DNA of 64,000 bases. It comes from Paraspadella gotoi (Eukaryota; Animalia; Chaetognatha). This document shows positions 61,161 to 64,000 of this stretch, in pieces (position 1 is the stretch's first letter; each line of letters opens with the position of its first letter). The stretch is from positions 26,571,387-26,635,386 of the forward strand of contig CM119266.1 of assembly GCA_051294375.1 (NCBI GenBank), read 5' to 3'. The notes under the pieces were generated by a model. It was not told where the DNA came from, did no database searches, and saw only the letters and a list, made by a program, of their open reading frames with translations. The position numbers and the translations under genes were made by a program.

Positions 61161-62260
61161 TAGAGTGGAGCACTGGGGAACATAAATTTTATTTGAGTGA
61201 ACAAACAAGGATATTTAGACGTGAGATAATATGATTAATGATTATAAAAAATATTTTGCTTATATTGTTTGGGGAACAGTATCATTATTTACAATATATT
61301 TATAGTAATATCCTTATAAAATCATAAATTTTCAAAATAATTTTATTTAAATTTTTTTATTAAAGATTCTGGGCACTTTTTTTCAAAGAAGCCTCCTTGC
61401 TGCGTCTCCTGAAGTAGCGGACTCAAACACGCACAAAAATTGTATCTTTTGCTACTTCCATCGTCGTTTTATGCGTCACTCCTTTTGTCGTCGCTCTCAC
61501 CATCACAACTGCTTCCTTCATCGTTCAAATTATAATCATCGTTTCTGTCGATTTTGATCTTGATCGATGAGTCACCGAGCAAGCCAAAATTTTTTTGTTG
61601 TAGTGTTTTTTTGTAGCATAGGGAAAGACAAGCCTAATCCCTAACCTTAATCCCTAACCCTAACCCTAATCTCTATCCCCTAATCTTACCTTATCCCTTA
61701 CCGAAACCCTAAACATTTAAACCATCGTTCAAATTATCGTCGTTTTTATCGATCCCGATCCTGATTCTGAGTCTTCCAGCCAGAGAGAGAGAGAGAGCGA
61801 GAGAGATTCGCTGCTCCATCATACGGCAAGGGGGCATCAAAGAGCATTTCGCCGAAACGTTTTGGTCATTTTTCGCAGCTTTAACCTAAAAATATCATGT
61901 AATATTGCTTTAATGTCATCACATGCAGTAGTAGAATGCTTAGTTAAATACTTATTTTAACTATGGAGAGACAGTGCATAAGAAACAAATTTTTTTTCAA
62001 TTTTTTGCCATATATTTCGACTTAATTTCTAAGTCATCATCAGTGGCATATCATAGTGAAAATAAGTATTTAACTATCATGTAACATATTTTACAAAATA
62101 TTTTCATTTTTTTTTCCGCGAATCCGAAAAAAATATGATTTAAAAATTTTAAGAATTTATAAGGATATTACTATAAAGAAAATTCAATTAATTTTTTTTA
62201 TAGAAAAATGGCCTTATTATTTTTTAATCCATCGCTAAATCTTTTCATCACTCCACCCTA
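61161..62260. mobile_element. Non-autonomous hAT-type DNA transposon, 1100 bp
   Basis: TIRs TAGAGTGGAG / CTCCACCCTA and exact 8-bp target duplication GTGTATAT (61153-61160, 62261-62268); no transposase ORF. Confidence 0.85.
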
Positions 62261-64000
62261 GTGTATATATCTTTGTGCTTTAAGCAATTCATAAGGGCGT
62301 TCCATTCATTTGCTATCGAAGCCATTCATTTTAACCGGGTCCCACTGCACTCGGGACACGAAAGAAAAAAAATAAAGGGAAAAAAATGAATCGGGACGGG
62401 AAATTGGATTGAGTTTTCGGAGGGAAGAACTTTTTACTCTTTATTTTCTGAGAGGGAGCGCTCGGATTTCCATCAACCGCGAATGACAGGCGTCGGGAGG
62501 GAATAAGAGTCGGGAACTTTTCGGGCGGATGTGTAGGAGAATGGAGGGAAATGGGCAGAGGTAATTCGAGAGAAAAAAAAAAATACCGGCGATCGAAAAC
62601 GATCTTTAAAACCGAAGAAAAATCGGTCGCTCATAGATACAAGAATGACTTAGATATTCAACGAACTGTACCATTATGATAAATGAAATGCTTGACAACA
62701 AAAGCTTTTCATTAGGGACGAAACAAATTATGTTTTTGTCCTTTGAATTCGTCGATTAATTTTGTCAAGTTGGAAAATGATACGGTATAAAAAGAGAGTA
62801 CTTTGAGGAGGTGGTCTGATGTCAAACAACACGTGACGCTTCGATCGACGGGCTTCTTCATAAGCATCGTCAGCACATTCGCCCGCAGCCGAGTTATCGT
62901 TGTAAGACGAGAAAGTTAATCATGAAATATATGACAACGAAAATGTCGCCAGACGTGTTGAGTTTTTATCTCTAGAAAACAATAAAATGGATACTTGATA
63001 CTCTCTCAATCTCTATCTCAATCTCTATCTCTCTCGACTTTTGATCGATCAAAAATCTTTTACGATCGCCAGTTGATTTATAAAGCCAGGAGGATTTTAA
63101 TAGTAAACAATAGTTATTTAAATATTTTTTTAAAATCAGGATTAACCAAAAAAAAAAACAACAATTAACGGAGGTAGAGAAAAGATTATTCATGAAAATT
63201 GAATAATAATAGGCAACTTAAAAAATACTAAACAAACGACACCGGATCTGAAAATGACTTGTTATTGGGACATGAAGTGAATTATGTTTGAGTCGCTAGT
63301 CAAGATTAAATCAATATAATAAAAAAAAGGAACGCATGAGCAACCTCCATCTTTTTTTTTTTCCTCCTTCATTTTCCAGGAAAAACTAATTTATTTTTGT
63401 TTCTAACTTTTCTGTCTGTTTTTATTTATGGAGTCTTTTCGTGCCCGGGGCGGAGGTTGGACATCAAAACGAGCAGCGAGAGAAAAAGGAGAAAAAAGCG
63501 GATGAAGGAAAAGAAACAATTGATTCGTTTATTAGTCTCTTCTTTGTTTTCTATTTAACTATGTCTTGCTCTGTCCCTGATTATTTTATAATTTTTTTAC
63601 GCTCCCAAATTTTTATTACCTTTTTAGTCTTTTTTCGACTTTAAAATTAAGTATTAAAATTAAAATAAAATGAAAATAAAATTTATTATTAGTATAACTT
63701 ACGTATATATTAACATTCACCTTTTTAAGTAACTCTATATAACTCTATATAAGTTACACGTGTAAAAATACAATAAACCCCTGGGTTTTAAAACACTTTC
63801 TAAATTTTTACAATAGATATAACTGCACCAATTTTACATTGTGATAATACTTTTTTGTCTTCATGATATAATAACAACTTTTTAATTCACCAGTAGCGGA
63901 CGTCAACTCAATAAAAATACAAATATCCAATTATCTATAGATCAAATAATTCTGATAGATTTTATCAGTTCAAAGTCGCAGGGTTTTTAAAATTAAATCT

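Noticed and set aside
61630-61715. CCCTAA repeats as telomere or telomerase RNA template
   Set aside because: Short, degenerate and internal to a transposon; also found in other dispersed repeats

Overview
Intron-rich animal (invertebrate) genomic DNA with many 50-70 nt introns, AT-rich intergenic DNA and abundant (GA)n microsatellites; the taxon cannot be fixed from sequence alone. All exon structures were assembled by hand from GT/GC-AG sites and frame continuity. Recognisable genes: a multi-EGF extracellular protein (5' end off-window) with two antisense genes in its introns (an orphan secreted protein and GGACT); a tight same-strand trio nucleoplasmin-like / EF1-alpha / nucleoplasmin-like behind one evident promoter and leader exon; PSKH1; NDRG; a 105-aa orphan CaaX protein; MATCAP/KIAA0895-type tubulin detyrosinase; SMAD2/3; and an unknown low-complexity protein. 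Best leads: (1) the MATCAP UGA stop is followed by a GC-rich stem-loop and 197 in-frame sense codons ending at UGA-CUA, a candidate programmed stop-codon readthrough; (2) the shared-leader or polycistronic nucleoplasmin-EF1A-nucleoplasmin unit with a cluster of hairpins in its first intron; (3) a miniature LTR element (TRIM) carrying a tRNA-like sequence inside its LTRs, nested in a hAT-type MITE.
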